Source of the DNA: Sphyrna mokarran
Taxonomy: Eukaryota
DNA length: 64,000 bases
Direction: 5' to 3'
NCBI GenBank assembly: GCA_024679065.1
Contig: JAGIQG010000005.1
Span: 92,256,001-92,320,000, forward strand
Under the pieces are notes generated by a model. The model saw nothing but the letters and a program-made list of their open reading frames with translations. It was not told the origin of the DNA and ran no database searches. The translations under genes were made by a program, and so were the position numbers. Positions 63,175 to 64,000 of this stretch are shown here, one piece after another. Numbering within the stretch: the stretch's first letter is position 1; each line of letters begins with the position of its first letter.

Positions 63175-63340
63175 TTTTAATTCATTCAGGGACTTGGGCG
63201 TCACTGGCTGGCCAGCATTTATTGCCCATTCTTAGTTGCCTGCGGGTAATTGAGAGTCAACTACATTGCTGTGTCTCTGGAGTAGGCCAGACCAGATAAG
63301 GACTGCAGATTTCCTTCCCTAAAGGACATCAGTGGATCAA
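63175..63340 (-). mobile_element. second-family SINE 3' part
   Basis: GGCCAGCATTTATTGCCCAT..GAGTCAACTACATTGCTGTG..AGATTTCCTTCCCTAAAGGAC; another copy at 62415-62680. Confidence 0.75.
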
Positions 63341-64000
63341 AAGGGGTTACTGTTGACCTACTCACGTATAGACAAGTGAAGGGTGAGGATGAAGTCGCAT
63401 TCCCTGTAAAATATAGAATTGGCTATGGCGACGAGGATCAGTGTAATACAAATTTGTTGTCATTTAACTAGTTTGTAAATCTTGGGATGAAGCTTCCATT
63501 CAAAGCCTTTCATCTTTCACAGTGATAGCATATTTGATGTAACTTCAGTAATGGCTCAATTTTAAAATATATTTGCTACTTGGAAATGTAGGAAATAGTT
63601 ATCAAAGTGGCACAGAAGCTTTCAACAACTGCACTGATGCTTTATGATGTATGTTGACAATGGAGTATTTTAATTATTTATTGAGCACCAAATGAATCTT
63701 CAAGATCAAGAAACATGGCTTAATAATGATAGGATAATTCAATAAAAATCTGTAGAATGTACCATGAGTGTATCGTAAGGATATCTTACTCATAGATGCC
63801 TTGCTAATGATTTCTAAAAATTGACTTTCTGTGAAAAAATTCCATTTTCAGCTTAAGTTACATCCTCAGGTTTCCGGAGCTGAGGTTGAAACCACAATTT
63901 TCTGACTCAGACCTTGCTACCACAGGGCCAAAGTTATCACTGAAATATTCATTCTTTTATAATTATCTGTGAATTTCTGGAACAATTTTGTCACAAGTGC

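Noticed and set aside
1-64000. Prokaryotic systems (CRISPR array, operon, retron, defence island)
   Set aside because: No gene-dense ORFs or repeat-spacer arrays; the content is vertebrate transposon DNA.

Overview
Repeat-dense, non-bacterial DNA that reads as intronic or intergenic sequence from a cartilaginous fish, most likely a shark. The taxon call is an inference from HE1-type tRNA-derived SINEs and the CR1, Penelope and Harbinger families present. I recognise no intact host gene, and most track ORFs are transposon fragments or chance frames. Content: about 13 HE1-like SINEs; several CR1 LINEs, one near full length with an esterase-type ORF1; Rex1/Babar, Tx1 and Ty3/Gypsy remnants; several PIF/Harbinger elements with decayed DDE transposases and intron-containing Myb/SANT genes; and MITEs. 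The most striking signal is a set of small non-coding Penelope-type insertions carrying minimal hammerhead ribozyme cores (CTGAnGA...GAAA), three with inverted-end architecture and 9-15 bp target-site duplications. One is a ~108 bp-stem palindrome with a hammerhead on each strand (58190-58477). A weak chain of phase-compatible candidate exons (17599-43110) is low confidence. All calls come from reading the sequence by eye; no searches were run.
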